A stretch of 63,005 nucleotides of DNA, counting the filler, from Actinomycetota bacterium (GTDB taxonomy: Bacteria; Actinomycetota; Acidimicrobiia; Spongiisociales; UBA4744): NCBI GenBank assembly GCA_013152275.1. It is 6 parts of 5 records of this genome, joined end to end, with 100 filler letters (N's around TTAATTAATTAA, not from the genome) between each part and the next. Parts side by side here need not be neighbours in the genome. Positions count along the whole stretch, not along the records: positions 1 to 15,028 come from JAADGS010000064.1; positions 15,129 to 39,481 come from JAADGS010000016.1; 4 more parts are not named here. The stretch is one strand, 5' to 3'. Shown here piece by piece: positions 10,081 through 20,484 of this stretch. The translations under genes and the position numbers were made by a program. Below the pieces are notes generated by a model. It did no database searches. It was not told the DNA's origin and saw only the letters and a program-made list of their open reading frames with translations. Each line of letters begins with the position of its first letter. Position 1 is the first letter of the stretch.

Positions 10081-11175
10081 TCAGAGGGCGAAAGACTCTT
10101 CTCCGCCGACGATCGTTCGGATGACATGATACGAATCGTCGAGAACGCACACATCGGCCGCCGTGCCCGGTTCGAGGCTTCCGAGGTCCGGCCGCCGCAC
10201 CAATTCGGCCGGCGCCGAGGTCGCCGCAGCGACGGCGCGCAGGGGGTCGAAGCCGAGGTCGATCATGTTTCTGACCGCCTGGTCCATCGTGAGGACACTG
10301 CCGGCCAGGGTGCCGTTGTCGAGCCTGCAGGCCCCGTGGTCGAGGATCACCGTTCGGTCACCGAGGAGGTAGCGGCCATCCGGGCGCCCCGCGGCCGAGA
10401 TGGCGTCCGTGATCAGCACGAAGCGTTCGCCCGCGGCGTTGGCTGCGAGCTTCACCGCCTCCGGAGCGAGGTGAACCCCGTCGACGATGGCAGTGATGAA
10501 CACGTCGTCCCGTACCAGGGCGGCGCCGCTGATGCCCGGGTCGCGGTGTCTCCAGGGTCGCTGGGCGCCGAAGATGTGGGTCACCGAGCGGGCGCCGCGA
10601 TCGAACGCGGCGTTGGCGGTCGCGGCGTCGGCATCGGTGTGGCCCAGTGCGACGGTGACGCCCGCGGCGACCAGCAGCTCGATCAGGTCGAGTGCCCCGG
10701 GAAGCTCCGGAGCGATCGTCATGTATGTCACGGGTCCGGCGTCGAGGAGGCGTCGGGTGAGCTCCGGGTCGGGATCGAGGGTGTTGCGGGGATCGTGGGC
10801 GCCGCACCGTACGGGTGACAGGAAGGGGCCCTCGAGATGCATGCCCAGAATCCGGGCGTTGGCGATCGACGTTGAACGCAGCCGTCCGAGCGCACCGAAG
10901 TAATCGGGGACGGGGAGCGTGATGAGTGTCGGCTGGAAGGCGGTGACTCCCGTGGCTGCGAGGCGGCCGGCGACACGGGCGTAGTCGCCGGCGTCGGCGG
11001 TCGTGAAGTCCACTCCATCGAATCCATTGATCTGCACGTCGATGAACCCGGGTGTGGCAAGGCCGGTCCGGCCGGCGGGGGACAGGCCGACACGGTCGAT
11101 GAGCCCGCCTTCGACGGCCACGTCACCTTCGACGATCCGACCGTGAACGAGTGCGGCGTTCACCCCGAGTCTCAT
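10081..11175 (-). CDS. nagA: N-acetylglucosamine-6-phosphate deacetylase
   Basis: PGFIDVQING, HLEGPFL, GAH, DGVH, LITDA, LAGSVLTM. Confidence 0.9.
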   Translation of the reverse strand: MRLGVNAALVHGRIVEGDVAVEGGLIDRVGLSPAGRTGLATPGFIDVQINGFDGVDFTTADAGDYARVAGRLAATGVTAFQPTLITLPVPDYFGALGRLRSTSIANARILGMHLEGPFLSPVRCGAHDPRNTLDPDPELTRRLLDAGPVTYMTIAPELPGALDLIELLVAAGVTVALGHTDADAATANAAFDRGARSVTHIFGAQRPWRHRDPGISGAALVRDDVFITAIVDGVHLAPEAVKLAANAAGERFVLITDAISAAGRPDGRYLLGDRTVILDHGACRLDNGTLAGSVLTMDQAVRNMIDLGFDPLRAVAAATSAPAELVRRPDLGSLEPGTAADVCVLDDSYHVIRTIVGGEESFAL

Positions 11176-11695
11176 GTGCGCCTCCTGGAGTCGATGCGGG
11201 AGTGCTCCGGCGTGGGTCAGCGTAGTTGTCCTCCTCGGAGCCGGCCGCTCTCATCACCGTCGGTTGCGGCTACGGGCCGAGCTCCGAGATCACTTCGAGT
11301 TCCTTGGTCTCGCAGAAGATCCTGGCGCGTGTGACGAAGGGCACACCGATCTTGTCCACCGTCACCTCGTTCACCCGACCCGCGGATCGAGCGCCGCGTC
11401 ACGCGCGACGACGGTGAGGAGACTTTTCGCCGGCTGAAGCCGATATGCCGGCTGAAACCGATATGGGGAACGTCCGGTCATCGTTGTGTTCGAACCGGTC
11501 GACGGCGAGGACGGCTCCTCAGACTTCGAGTCCTTTGAAGCGGCGGATCGTCTCGAGGGTGACGTCGTCGGCCCCTTGGGGCACGAGGCCGCGCCCGCCG
11601 ACGGCCGTGCGGTCGATGCACCAAAACCCTGGCGACACCGGCATCCTCCACGCCGGGAGAGGGTCGGTACGGTGAGCAGATTCCGGCCATTCCGC

Positions 11696-11724
11696 TTGAC
11701 ACGCCGCGTCCCGGCACATACGAT
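11696..11724 (+). promoter_or_regulatory. Sigma70-type promoter TTGACA-N17-TACGAT, probably leaderless
   Basis: Consensus -35, 17-nt spacer, -10 ending 7 nt before ATG 11732. Confidence 0.65.
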
Positions 11725-11731
11725 CGAACAA

Positions 11732-12736
11732 ATGAACGAGCCGCGTACAGATGTTCGCATTGAGCGGACCACCATCCCGCCAAGGATCTCCGAGGCCGAT
11801 TATCGGCTCTGCGTTCGGGCGGCGATGCTGCATTACCAGGAAGGTCTGACCCAAAGCGAGATCGGTGCCCAGCTCGGGTATTCGCGTATCAAGATCAACC
11901 GAGTGCTCGGTATGGCGCGATCCCACGGCATCTTGGAGATTCGCGTCAAGGTTCCCGCCGACTGGCATCTCGAACTGGAAGCCGATCTGATCCGCTCGTT
12001 TGGGCTGCGGGACGCAGTCGTCGTTGCCGCCGACCAGTCGGGACGGCCGCTCGAGGCGGTTCTTGCCGAAGGTGCGGCCACATGGCTGGCCCGGCACATT
12101 CGGCCCGCCATGCGTGTGGGGCTCGGCATTGGGAGAACGGTCGCGCACCTGCCCGACAGGTTCCGGCTGGACCAGCCCATCGACTGCACGTTCATCGAGG
12201 TGGTCGGGTCCATCTACACCCAGGACTGGGCAAAGTACGACGTCACCTCGAGGATGGCCGAGCTCGCCGGCGGGACCCGGGAGGTCCTGCAGGCGCCAGG
12301 CTTTGTCACGGATCCTGATCTCGGGGTGTTACTGACCAAAGAGCCTTCCGTCGCGGACGCGCTCAACCGGGCGCGGGAATCTGACATCACCATCCAAAGC
12401 GTGGGTCCCGTGGACACGAGCGCGATCCTGTTCGAGTACGGGGTCCTCACCACGGACGATCTCGAAGATCTCCACGAGCGCGGGGCGGTGGGCGACGCGC
12501 TGGGCTACTACTACGACCTCGAGGGGAATCCCGTTCCGTTTCACACCGATTCCAATGTGATCGGCGTCGGGCTCGACGATCTTCGGCGGGTTCCATGGAG
12601 CATGGTCGTGGCCGGCGGTCCGCAGAAGGTCGAGCCCATCATCGGTGGCCTTCGCGGTGGATACTTCAATGTGCTGATCACCGACGATGTCACCGCCAAG
12701 GCGTTGATCGAAGCGAGTGCGGGTGATGGCCCTTGA
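11732..12736 (+). CDS. SorC/DeoR-type sugar-binding transcriptional regulator
   Basis: YQEGLTQSEIGAQLGYSRIKINRVL HTH; GAVGD and AGG..K..I.GGLRGG sugar-binding domain. Confidence 0.88.
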   Translation: MNEPRTDVRIERTTIPPRISEADYRLCVRAAMLHYQEGLTQSEIGAQLGYSRIKINRVLGMARSHGILEIRVKVPADWHLELEADLIRSFGLRDAVVVAADQSGRPLEAVLAEGAATWLARHIRPAMRVGLGIGRTVAHLPDRFRLDQPIDCTFIEVVGSIYTQDWAKYDVTSRMAELAGGTREVLQAPGFVTDPDLGVLLTKEPSVADALNRARESDITIQSVGPVDTSAILFEYGVLTTDDLEDLHERGAVGDALGYYYDLEGNPVPFHTDSNVIGVGLDDLRRVPWSMVVAGGPQKVEPIIGGLRGGYFNVLITDDVTAKALIEASAGDGP

Positions 12737-13692
12737 CCACCCCTGGGACACGAGTTCGCAACGCCGCAGTTTCGGAAAACGACCACGGGATCCGTCGTCT
12801 CGTGGGAATCGAGATCTTCTACTTCATGGACCGATGGTCGGACGACCAGGCGGCCCATTTTCATTTGGCCCGCCGGTGCGGGTACGACGGTGTCGAGATC
12901 TCGCTGATGTCCGGCAGTCACCTCGACCCGGCGCGTGTCCGTTCCAGGCTGGACGAGCACGGCCTCTCCATCGTGTGCAGCACCGGGCTGGATGAATCCA
13001 CCGACATCTCCCATCCCGATCCCGCGGTGCGGCGGTCCGGTGTGGAGTATCTGAAACGCTGTCTGGAGACGGCCGGGGCCCTCGGCAGTCCGATCCTGGG
13101 TGGCGTCGTCTATGCACCGTGGTTCGCGTTCCCGGACGCCGGCGACCTGGAGCCGTACCGCCGGCGCTCGGCCGAATCTCTGCGCGAGGTCGCCGTGGCG
13201 GCGGACGCCGTCGGTGTGGACCTGTGCGTCGAGCTTCTGAACCGTTTCGAGACGTACATGCTCAACACGGTCGATCAGGGCAACGCGTTCCTCGATCTGA
13301 TCGGGCATCCATCGGTGAAGATCGAACTCGACACGTTCCACATGAACATGGAGGAGGCGGATCTCGCCGACGCCATACGTGAAACGGGCGATCGGTTGGG
13401 CCACTTTCAGTGTGCTGCAAACAATCGTGCCATGCCGGGCAGGGGCCATATCGACTGGGATGCAATCGCAACGGCGCTCGACGACGTCTCATACTCCGGA
13501 TGGGTCGTCGTCGAGACCTTTCCCGATCCGTCGGTGGAGACCGGGCGATCGACCCATGCATGGCGTCCACTCGTCGAGGATCTCATCGGTGAGGCGACGG
13601 AGGCGTCGGCGTTTGTCCGCACACACCTGGGCGGGACGCCCCTCGTTTCGTCACGGCCGCCGGCCACAGCCCCTGCGAAGGCTCCGGTATGA
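12733..13692 (+). CDS. Sugar phosphate isomerase/epimerase (D-tagatose/D-psicose 3-epimerase family); start uncertain
   Basis: ELLNRFE, LDTFHMNMEE, NNRAMPGRGHIDW. Confidence 0.8.
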   Translation: MTTPGTRVRNAAVSENDHGIRRLVGIEIFYFMDRWSDDQAAHFHLARRCGYDGVEISLMSGSHLDPARVRSRLDEHGLSIVCSTGLDESTDISHPDPAVRRSGVEYLKRCLETAGALGSPILGGVVYAPWFAFPDAGDLEPYRRRSAESLREVAVAADAVGVDLCVELLNRFETYMLNTVDQGNAFLDLIGHPSVKIELDTFHMNMEEADLADAIRETGDRLGHFQCAANNRAMPGRGHIDWDAIATALDDVSYSGWVVVETFPDPSVETGRSTHAWRPLVEDLIGEATEASAFVRTHLGGTPLVSSRPPATAPAKAPV

Positions 13693-14723
13693 GCGTGCGC
13701 ACCACCAAGCTGATCAACGATCCGAGCGACATCGTGGCAGAGATGCTCGAGGGCTACGCCGGCGCGTACCCGGACATCATTCGTTTCGAGGACGGGCTCA
13801 TCGTTCGCGCCACACCAAAGGCCGGTGGCAAGGTCGGCCTCGTCATCGGGAACGGATCCGGGCACGAGCCGGCGATGATCGGCTGGGTAGGCGAGGGGCT
13901 TTTCGATGTCAACGTCCCCGGTCCGATCTTCACCGCCCCGGGACCGTCGAAGCTCCTCGCGGGGATCGTCGCCGCGAGTCGGGGCGCCGGCGTGCTCGTG
14001 TGCGTGTCCAACCACGCAGGCGATGTCCTCAACGCCGAAATGGCGCTGGAGCAGGCCGCGGATGCGGGAATCGATGACGTGGACATGGTTGTGCTGTATG
14101 ACGATGTCGGTTCGGCGCCCAGAGGTTCCGAACCCGACCGGAGGGGATCGGCCGGCCTGTTCTTCGTCTGGAAGATCGTCGGCGCCCATGCAGAGGCGGG
14201 AGCCACCCTGTCGGCCTGCAAGGCGATGGCCGAGAGGGTACGAGACAACACCAGAACCCTGTCGGCGACGCTGCAGAGCTGCGCCCACCCCGTCACCAAG
14301 GTGCCGCTCGCCGACATCCCCGACGGCGAAATGGTGATCGGTGTCGGCGTCCATGGAGAGAGCCGGGGCGATGCGCGCCCGGTGCCCACCGCGAACGAGA
14401 CGATCGACATCATGGTGCCGCAGATCCTCGACGATCTGCCGTACGAGCCGGACGACGAGGTCTGTGTCCTCGTGAACGATGCCGGAGCGCTCACCGTGAT
14501 GGAGCTGGCGATCCTCTACCGCCGGGTGGGCCAGGTCCTTGCCGATCGCGGCATTCGAGTCCACAGGGCATGGCTCGGGCCGTATGCCACCACGCAGGAC
14601 ACTGCCGGCTTCGCCATCTCGGTGTGTCGCGTCGATGCCGACATGAAACGACTGTACGACGCGCCGGCGCGTGGCGCCGGCGTGCAATTCACGACCCCTG
14701 CAGCAACCGGGGAGGCCTCGTGA
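13689..14723 (+). CDS. dhaK: Dihydroxyacetone kinase-family K subunit
   Basis: GNGSGHEPA, IFTAP, GVGVHGE. Confidence 0.8.
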   Translation: MSVRTTKLINDPSDIVAEMLEGYAGAYPDIIRFEDGLIVRATPKAGGKVGLVIGNGSGHEPAMIGWVGEGLFDVNVPGPIFTAPGPSKLLAGIVAASRGAGVLVCVSNHAGDVLNAEMALEQAADAGIDDVDMVVLYDDVGSAPRGSEPDRRGSAGLFFVWKIVGAHAEAGATLSACKAMAERVRDNTRTLSATLQSCAHPVTKVPLADIPDGEMVIGVGVHGESRGDARPVPTANETIDIMVPQILDDLPYEPDDEVCVLVNDAGALTVMELAILYRRVGQVLADRGIRVHRAWLGPYATTQDTAGFAISVCRVDADMKRLYDAPARGAGVQFTTPAATGEAS

Positions 14724-15028
14724 AACTTGCCACCGACAGGCTGACCGGCACCGACTGGCAGCGGCTCGTCGTCGCCGCAGCCGATGTGATCGACGACCAT
14801 GTGGAGGAGCTCTCGCGGCTCGACGCGGCCGTGGGCGATGGCGATCACGGAATCAACGTGGCAACGGCGCTTCGGCATGCCCGACGTGCGGTGGCTCGAC
14901 TCGAAGATCCCACGCCTTCCAACGTCCTGTCGGTGGTTGCGGGCTCGTTCTTCGAGGAGATGGGCGGTGCCGCAGGGGCGCTGTTCGGAAGCTTCTTCCG
15001 GTCTGCCGCTCTCAGTTGTGCCGGTCAT
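14720..15028 (+). CDS. dhaL: Dihydroxyacetone kinase-family L subunit (3'-truncated by the gap)
   Basis: LSRLDAAVGDGDHG, MGGAAGALFG. Confidence 0.8.
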
Positions 15029-15128
15029 NNNNNNNNNNNNNNNNNNNNNNNNNNNNNNNNNNNNNNNNNNNNTTAATTAATTAANNNNNNNNNNNNNNNN
15101 NNNNNNNNNNNNNNNNNNNNNNNNNNNN
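15029..15128. other. Artificial contig spacer
   Basis: N-run with central TTAATTAATTAA, 100 bp. Confidence 0.98.
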
Positions 15129-15192
15129 GGCGATCAACGTCGCAACGTTGATCGCCGGCCCGTAATCCGATAAGCGCGTTGCAGCCGCCGTC

Positions 15193-15639
15193 TCAGCCGG
15201 CGACGTGCAGGAGGCCGTCCTGAACGGTTCCAAGCAACTGCACCCGCCGGTCCGACCAGGTGATCCCCTGCACGGTGGTGAGCCCGTCGATGAGATCCAT
15301 ATCGAGGTTGTCCACGACGAGGCGGGCCCCTCCGGGTTGGGGTGGGTACGACTCGGCCAGGGCTTCGGCCAGGTAGACGCCGTCGGCGGTCGTGACGAGG
15401 AACCCGTTGACGAGCAGCGGACCGGCGAGGTCCGATTCCAGCGCCTCCGTCACCGAGATGCCCGGGCCGGCGACTGCCGCGACGTTGTGATCGGTTGCCG
15501 TCGAATCGTCCACCGACCCATCTGCAGGTGGCGGCAGATCGGAGACGGCCGCCGCGTTTGCGGCGTACGGTTCGGCGTCCTGGATCGAGCACGCGGTGCC
15601 GGCGAGTGTCAAAAGCAGTACCAGGCCGACGATCTTCAT
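15193..15639 (-). CDS. Hypothetical lipoprotein
   Basis: GAGGAGG RBS; MKIVGLVLLLTLAGTAC lipobox. Confidence 0.7.
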   Translation of the reverse strand: MKIVGLVLLLTLAGTACSIQDAEPYAANAAAVSDLPPPADGSVDDSTATDHNVAAVAGPGISVTEALESDLAGPLLVNGFLVTTADGVYLAEALAESYPPQPGGARLVVDNLDMDLIDGLTTVQGITWSDRRVQLLGTVQDGLLHVAG

Positions 15640-15840
15640 GGGACCTCCTCGAGGGTTGATTGGTGATTGGACGCAGGGGCCGACCGCGCGGTTCCCGACG
15701 GCGGTGCCGGCCGGCCGGAGCGACCGCTTCGCGGATGTCCCACAATTCCTCGGGTGGCGTAAGGTACGTCCCTGCGCCACGTTGCAGCGGTCCCGGTTCG
15801 GGATCCCGACGCACGGCCCGTCACATCCCCGGAGATACCC

Positions 15841-16614
15841 ATGAAACGTTCAGTCACGTACGCCCACGCTCTCTTGCGCGTGGCGGCGGTCGTCGGAATC
15901 ACCCTGACGGTTGCGATCTCGTCTGTCCCGGCTGCCCGGGCCGTAACCGAGTCGCCGTCCCGAACCGAGATCGTCCGGATCCAGCAGACACTTCAGCACC
16001 TGGGCTTGTACCGGGGCCAGATCGATGGCAGTCACAACAAGGCGACGGCCGACGCGATCATGGCCTTCCACAAGGTGGTGAGCGCCGACCGCACGAGTGA
16101 ATGGACCCACGAGGATTGGCAGAACGTGCGGGCGCTGGCCGCTGTCGGCTACGACATTCCCGAGCGACCCGACGAGCCGGATCGTATCGAGGTGGACCTG
16201 TATCGACAGGTGATGTATCTCGTCGAAGGCGGCGACGTCGCCGGCATCTTCCCGATCGTATCCGGTAGGGGAGACACCTATGAACGGCTGGGTCGACGCA
16301 CGGGCGGGGCGCACACTCCGGTCGGTGACTACACCCTGATCCGGCACGTGGCGGGTTGGCGATACGGGTCATACGGCCCGATCTATCGGCCCTGGTACTT
16401 CATCGGCGGCTACGCCATCCACGGCAGCAAGGTCGCGCGTCCCCAGCCTGCGTCGAACGGGTGCGTGCGAATACCGATGCAGGACATCGACTGGCTCGAG
16501 GGGCGCCTCGAGTTGGGGATGCCGGTCCATGTGTGGGTCGGGCGTCCGTCGAGTGCGGTTGCCGCATTCCACCTCGAGCATCTCGCCGCGTCCCTGCAAT
16601 ACGATATCGTGTAA
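15841..16614 (+). CDS. L,D-transpeptidase (YkuD) with a peptidoglycan-binding domain
   Basis: Signal peptide; IQQTLQHLGLYRGQIDG; AIHG...SNGCVR catalytic motif. Confidence 0.88.
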   Translation: MKRSVTYAHALLRVAAVVGITLTVAISSVPAARAVTESPSRTEIVRIQQTLQHLGLYRGQIDGSHNKATADAIMAFHKVVSADRTSEWTHEDWQNVRALAAVGYDIPERPDEPDRIEVDLYRQVMYLVEGGDVAGIFPIVSGRGDTYERLGRRTGGAHTPVGDYTLIRHVAGWRYGSYGPIYRPWYFIGGYAIHGSKVARPQPASNGCVRIPMQDIDWLEGRLELGMPVHVWVGRPSSAVAAFHLEHLAASLQYDIV

Positions 16615-16637
16615 GGCCCCGACAGCGCCCAATCTGA

Positions 16638-16690
16638 GCGTTCTCGTCAATGCCGGCGTCGAATAGAGCCGCCGGCATTGACGAGAACGC
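16638..16690. repeat. Palindromic repeat, family A (divergent copy)
   Basis: GCGTTCTCGTCAATGCCGGCG...CGCCGGCATTGACGAGAACGC. Confidence 0.7.
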
Positions 16691-16732
16691 GTTGTTGGAT
16701 GCCATCGGGCGCATTGCTAGTCTGTTGGTCGG

Positions 16733-17332
16733 ATGGTTAAACCAGGTGACCAAGATACATCTCGCAAGGACCGGATCCTGCGAGCGGCGGGGGAGTTGAT
16801 CGCCGAGGTCGGATGGGCCAACGTCACCACCCGGCTCATCTCCAAGCGGGCCGGCGTCAACAACGCGCTGATCCACTACTACTTCGGCACCAAAGACGAT
16901 CTGCTCCTCGAAGCGGCCTCTGCGGTGTTCGCCGCCGAGATCGAAGGGTCGCTGGCCGTGATCGAGGAGGCGGAGAGTTTCGCCGAGGTCCTCGAGGGTG
17001 TGTTCACATGGCTTCGCACGGTAGATGTGCACTCACCACTGATGGTGATCTCGATGGAAGCGATCCACCAGGCAGTCCGCGACGAACGTGTTGGAGCGTG
17101 GATCAGAGGAGTGTGGGGCGAGTACTTCGACGTGCTCGCCGGCGCCGTCGCCGCCGGCCAGGAGCGAGGAGAGATCCCGTCGTACGTCGATCCGAACGGC
17201 TTCGCCGTGATGCTCGGAGCACTGATCGACGGGCTCTCCCTCTACCGACTCGTCGAACTGGATTTCGACATCGAAAAGACGGCGGGTGTGATCGACGCAC
17301 TCGTCGAGGCTTTGACGAAAGGAACGCAGTGA
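16733..17332 (+). CDS. TetR-family transcriptional regulator
   Basis: ISKRAGVNNALIHYYFGTKDDL HTH. Confidence 0.9.
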   Translation: MVKPGDQDTSRKDRILRAAGELIAEVGWANVTTRLISKRAGVNNALIHYYFGTKDDLLLEAASAVFAAEIEGSLAVIEEAESFAEVLEGVFTWLRTVDVHSPLMVISMEAIHQAVRDERVGAWIRGVWGEYFDVLAGAVAAGQERGEIPSYVDPNGFAVMLGALIDGLSLYRLVELDFDIEKTAGVIDALVEALTKGTQ

Positions 17333-18033
17333 ACGTCATCGACCTGAAGAGCGTGACGAAAACCTTCGGCGAGGGACCGACGGCAGTCCATGCGCTCAAG
17401 AACATCGACCTCGACTTCCAGCAGGGAGAGTTCGTCGTAGTGCTCGGACCGAGTGGATCGGGGAAGACCACCCTGCTCAACGTGATCGGCGGCATCGAAG
17501 AGGTGACGTCCGGTGCACTGACCGTCGACGGGGTGAATCTCGTCGGGATGGATGAGGAGGAACGGACCGAGTTCCGGCGATCCCACGTCGGGTTCGTGTT
17601 CCAGTTCTTCAACCTCATCCCGACGCTTACCGCCCTGGAGAACGTGCAGCTCATGGCCGAACTCGTCGGGAGGAACCACGACGACAGCCTGGCTGCCCTC
17701 GAGGCCGTCAATCTGAGAGATCGTGCCGATCATTTCCCCGGCATGCTCTCGGGCGGCGAACAGCAGCGTGTCGCCATCGCACGTGCGCTCGTCAAACAAC
17801 CCCCGATTCTGCTGGTGGACGAGCCGACCGGTTCGCTGGACCTCGAGACGGGCCGCCAGGTCCTCGGACAGCTTCGGGCCGTCAGCGACAACGACCATCG
17901 GACCGTTCTGCTGGTTACCCACAACGCCGCCATCGGCGGGATGGGAGATCGGATCGTCCGACTGCATTCCGGCGAGCTGGCTTCGATCGAAGTCAACGCC
18001 AGGCCGCTGCTGCCCGACGAGGTGGAATGGTGA
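17329..18033 (+). CDS. ABC ATP-binding protein (LolD/MacB-like)
   Basis: GPSGSGKTT, FQFFNLIP, LSGGEQQRV, DEPTG; GTG start overlaps the TetR stop. Confidence 0.9.
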   Translation: MNVIDLKSVTKTFGEGPTAVHALKNIDLDFQQGEFVVVLGPSGSGKTTLLNVIGGIEEVTSGALTVDGVNLVGMDEEERTEFRRSHVGFVFQFFNLIPTLTALENVQLMAELVGRNHDDSLAALEAVNLRDRADHFPGMLSGGEQQRVAIARALVKQPPILLVDEPTGSLDLETGRQVLGQLRAVSDNDHRTVLLVTHNAAIGGMGDRIVRLHSGELASIEVNARPLLPDEVEW

Positions 18034-20384
18034 GCATTCTCGACCGCAAGCTGCGGAGAGACCTGAAGGCGAGACGAAGCCAGTTCATTGCCGTGGTGAT
18101 CACGATCGTGCTGGGGATCGTTCTCTTCGGCGGTTCGTACGACGCGTACCTGAACCTCACCGAATCGTACGACCAGATGTTTGTGATCCAAAACACGGCC
18201 GACATGACCATTTCCGGAGGCGATACGGAGGCCATCGTCGCCGCCGCGCGAAAGGTCGACGGTGTCGAGGACGTAGCCACACGATCCGTCGCGGAGGTTC
18301 CCCTCAGGATCGACGGCCACCACAAGATGCTGGGGCGACTCGTCGGGCTTCCTGGCGGAGCGCAGCCATCCATCGACAAGGTCACGGTGCTCTCCGGCAC
18401 ATACCTGAGTGGGATCGACTCCGTTTTGGTGGAACAACACATGGCCGACCACTTCAAGCTCAAAGCCGGCGACACGATCGAGGTGCTCGGCCCGCAGGGG
18501 TGGGTGAACGCTCGGGTTGCGGGTGTGGCGGCATCCGCCGAGTATCTGTGGCCTGCCCCCAGTCGCCAGCAGATCTTCCCATCGTTCGACGACTTCGGAG
18601 TCCTCTTCGTCGACCAGAACGTCTTCGCGGGGGTTCCGTCGTCCGTGGTCCGTCGAGAGGTGCTGGTCACCTACGCGTCGGGGACCGACACGGCCACCAT
18701 CGACCAGGCGCTGAAGGACGTGGCGCTCGCTCATGGTGCGACCGACGCGACACCGTTGGCGGATATTCCCTCCAACGCGGCGTTGAGCGAAGATCTGGCC
18801 GGGTTCCAGGAGATGTCGCTGATGTTCCCGCTGCTGTTCCTGGCGGCTGCCGGGATGGCGACATACGTGCTGCTCACCCGCCTCGTACTGTCCCAACGCG
18901 GCCAGATCGGTCTGTTGATGGCAAGTGGGTTCAGCAAGCGGACCATCTTCGGTCACTACCTGCGTTTCGGCCTGCTCGCCGGAGCGATCGGAGCCATCAT
19001 CGGAGCACCTCTCGGCGGGTTGCTGGGGCGTGAGATATCCAAGCTGTATACGGCGGCCATCTCGATACCAGTCACGGTGACGACCGCCCGTGTGTCGACG
19101 GCGGCGATAGGGGTCATCTTTGCCCTCGTTGCGGGTGCGCTGTCTGCGCTTGCCCCGGCGATGCGTGCCGCGAGGATCGCTCCTGCCCAGGCCATGCGGG
19201 GTCTGATTCCCTCCGGGAAGGGGGGAGCGACGTGGATCGAACGTCTGGTTCCGCCGTTGCGACGCCTCCCCGCGCGCTGGAAGTCGGTGCTACGCGGAAT
19301 CGGTCGGAATCGCAACCGGACGATATCGACGGTTGTGGGCGTCGTGCTCGCGGTGACCCTCATCCTGTCGTTCTGGGGCATGCTCGACTCGATCCAGGTG
19401 CTGATCGACCGTGAGTTCAACCAGGTCAACCGTCAAGACGCTCAGCTCTATCTGACCGCTCCGGTCACCCCGGACGTGCTTGCGCGAGTGGAGGCCGTCG
19501 GCGGTGTGGCACACGCAGAGCCGGTCACAGACGTGTCCGCCACGATTCGCGCCGGCTCAAAGCAATATCGCACGGACCTGCTGGGATTCAAACCGACGAC
19601 GAAACTCCACGGTTTCGTCGTCGACGGAAAGAATGTCGACCTGCCTTCGGACGGCGTCTTCCTCGGCTCATCGCTGAAGAGTCTGCTTGGCGTGGACGTT
19701 GGAGACGAGGTGACGATCGACGTTCCCGACCTCGGGATCACCGTGGCGGAGACGGTCGCCGGCTTCGTGAGGGAGCCGCTCGGAACCTTCGCGTACATCG
19801 CCGAGCCTCGCCTGGCCCAACTCGCCGGCACCAGTGACGTTGCGAACACGCTCTATCTGACGTTCGATCCGGGTGTCGACAGGGAAGCGTTGCGAGATCA
19901 ACTGAGTGAGCTGCCTTCGGTGGCGGCGTTCGTCGATTCGCAGGCGCTCAGGTCGATGGTGGACCAATTCATGGGACTGTTCTACGTGTTCGTCGGCATC
20001 ATGCTCGCTCTGGGCGGGATCATGGCGTTCGCGCTGATCTACAACACGATCTCGGCGAACATAGCGGAACGGGCATCCGAAGTGGCGATGATGCGCGCCG
20101 GCGGAGTGGGCCGCCGGACCATCTCGCGCATGCTCACCGCCGAGAATGTTCTGCTCACCCTCATCGGGGTGATCCCCGGGCTGATCGTCGGGTACATATT
20201 CGCCTACTACGGCGTGTCGATGTATTCGAGCGACATGTTCAAGTGGGATCTGTATATCCGGCCGACGACGTATGTGTTCACGGTGCTCGCCATCTTGCTG
20301 GCGGCGCTGCTGTCGCAACGACCGATCCTGCGGGAGGTGCAGCGTATCGATGTGGCGACCGTGGTGCGGGAACGATCGCTCTAA
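18027..20384 (+). CDS. FtsX-like ABC permease (duplicated domain)
   Basis: 785 aa with two periplasmic plus transmembrane repeats; coupled to the ATPase. Confidence 0.85.
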   Translation: MVSILDRKLRRDLKARRSQFIAVVITIVLGIVLFGGSYDAYLNLTESYDQMFVIQNTADMTISGGDTEAIVAAARKVDGVEDVATRSVAEVPLRIDGHHKMLGRLVGLPGGAQPSIDKVTVLSGTYLSGIDSVLVEQHMADHFKLKAGDTIEVLGPQGWVNARVAGVAASAEYLWPAPSRQQIFPSFDDFGVLFVDQNVFAGVPSSVVRREVLVTYASGTDTATIDQALKDVALAHGATDATPLADIPSNAALSEDLAGFQEMSLMFPLLFLAAAGMATYVLLTRLVLSQRGQIGLLMASGFSKRTIFGHYLRFGLLAGAIGAIIGAPLGGLLGREISKLYTAAISIPVTVTTARVSTAAIGVIFALVAGALSALAPAMRAARIAPAQAMRGLIPSGKGGATWIERLVPPLRRLPARWKSVLRGIGRNRNRTISTVVGVVLAVTLILSFWGMLDSIQVLIDREFNQVNRQDAQLYLTAPVTPDVLARVEAVGGVAHAEPVTDVSATIRAGSKQYRTDLLGFKPTTKLHGFVVDGKNVDLPSDGVFLGSSLKSLLGVDVGDEVTIDVPDLGITVAETVAGFVREPLGTFAYIAEPRLAQLAGTSDVANTLYLTFDPGVDREALRDQLSELPSVAAFVDSQALRSMVDQFMGLFYVFVGIMLALGGIMAFALIYNTISANIAERASEVAMMRAGGVGRRTISRMLTAENVLLTLIGVIPGLIVGYIFAYYGVSMYSSDMFKWDLYIRPTTYVFTVLAILLAALLSQRPILREVQRIDVATVVRERSL

Positions 20385-20385
20385 A

Positions 20386-20440
20386 CCCGTTCTCGTGACG
20401 CTTCGGTGGAACTATCCGGCCCAACCGTCACGAGAACGGG
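20386..20440. repeat. Palindromic repeat, family A
   Basis: CCCGTTCTCGTGACG-N25-CGTCACGAGAACGGG. Confidence 0.85.
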
Positions 20441-20484
20441 GGAGACTCTGCCACTTCCCCGCGCGGGATCAGTCGCGTTGGCGC

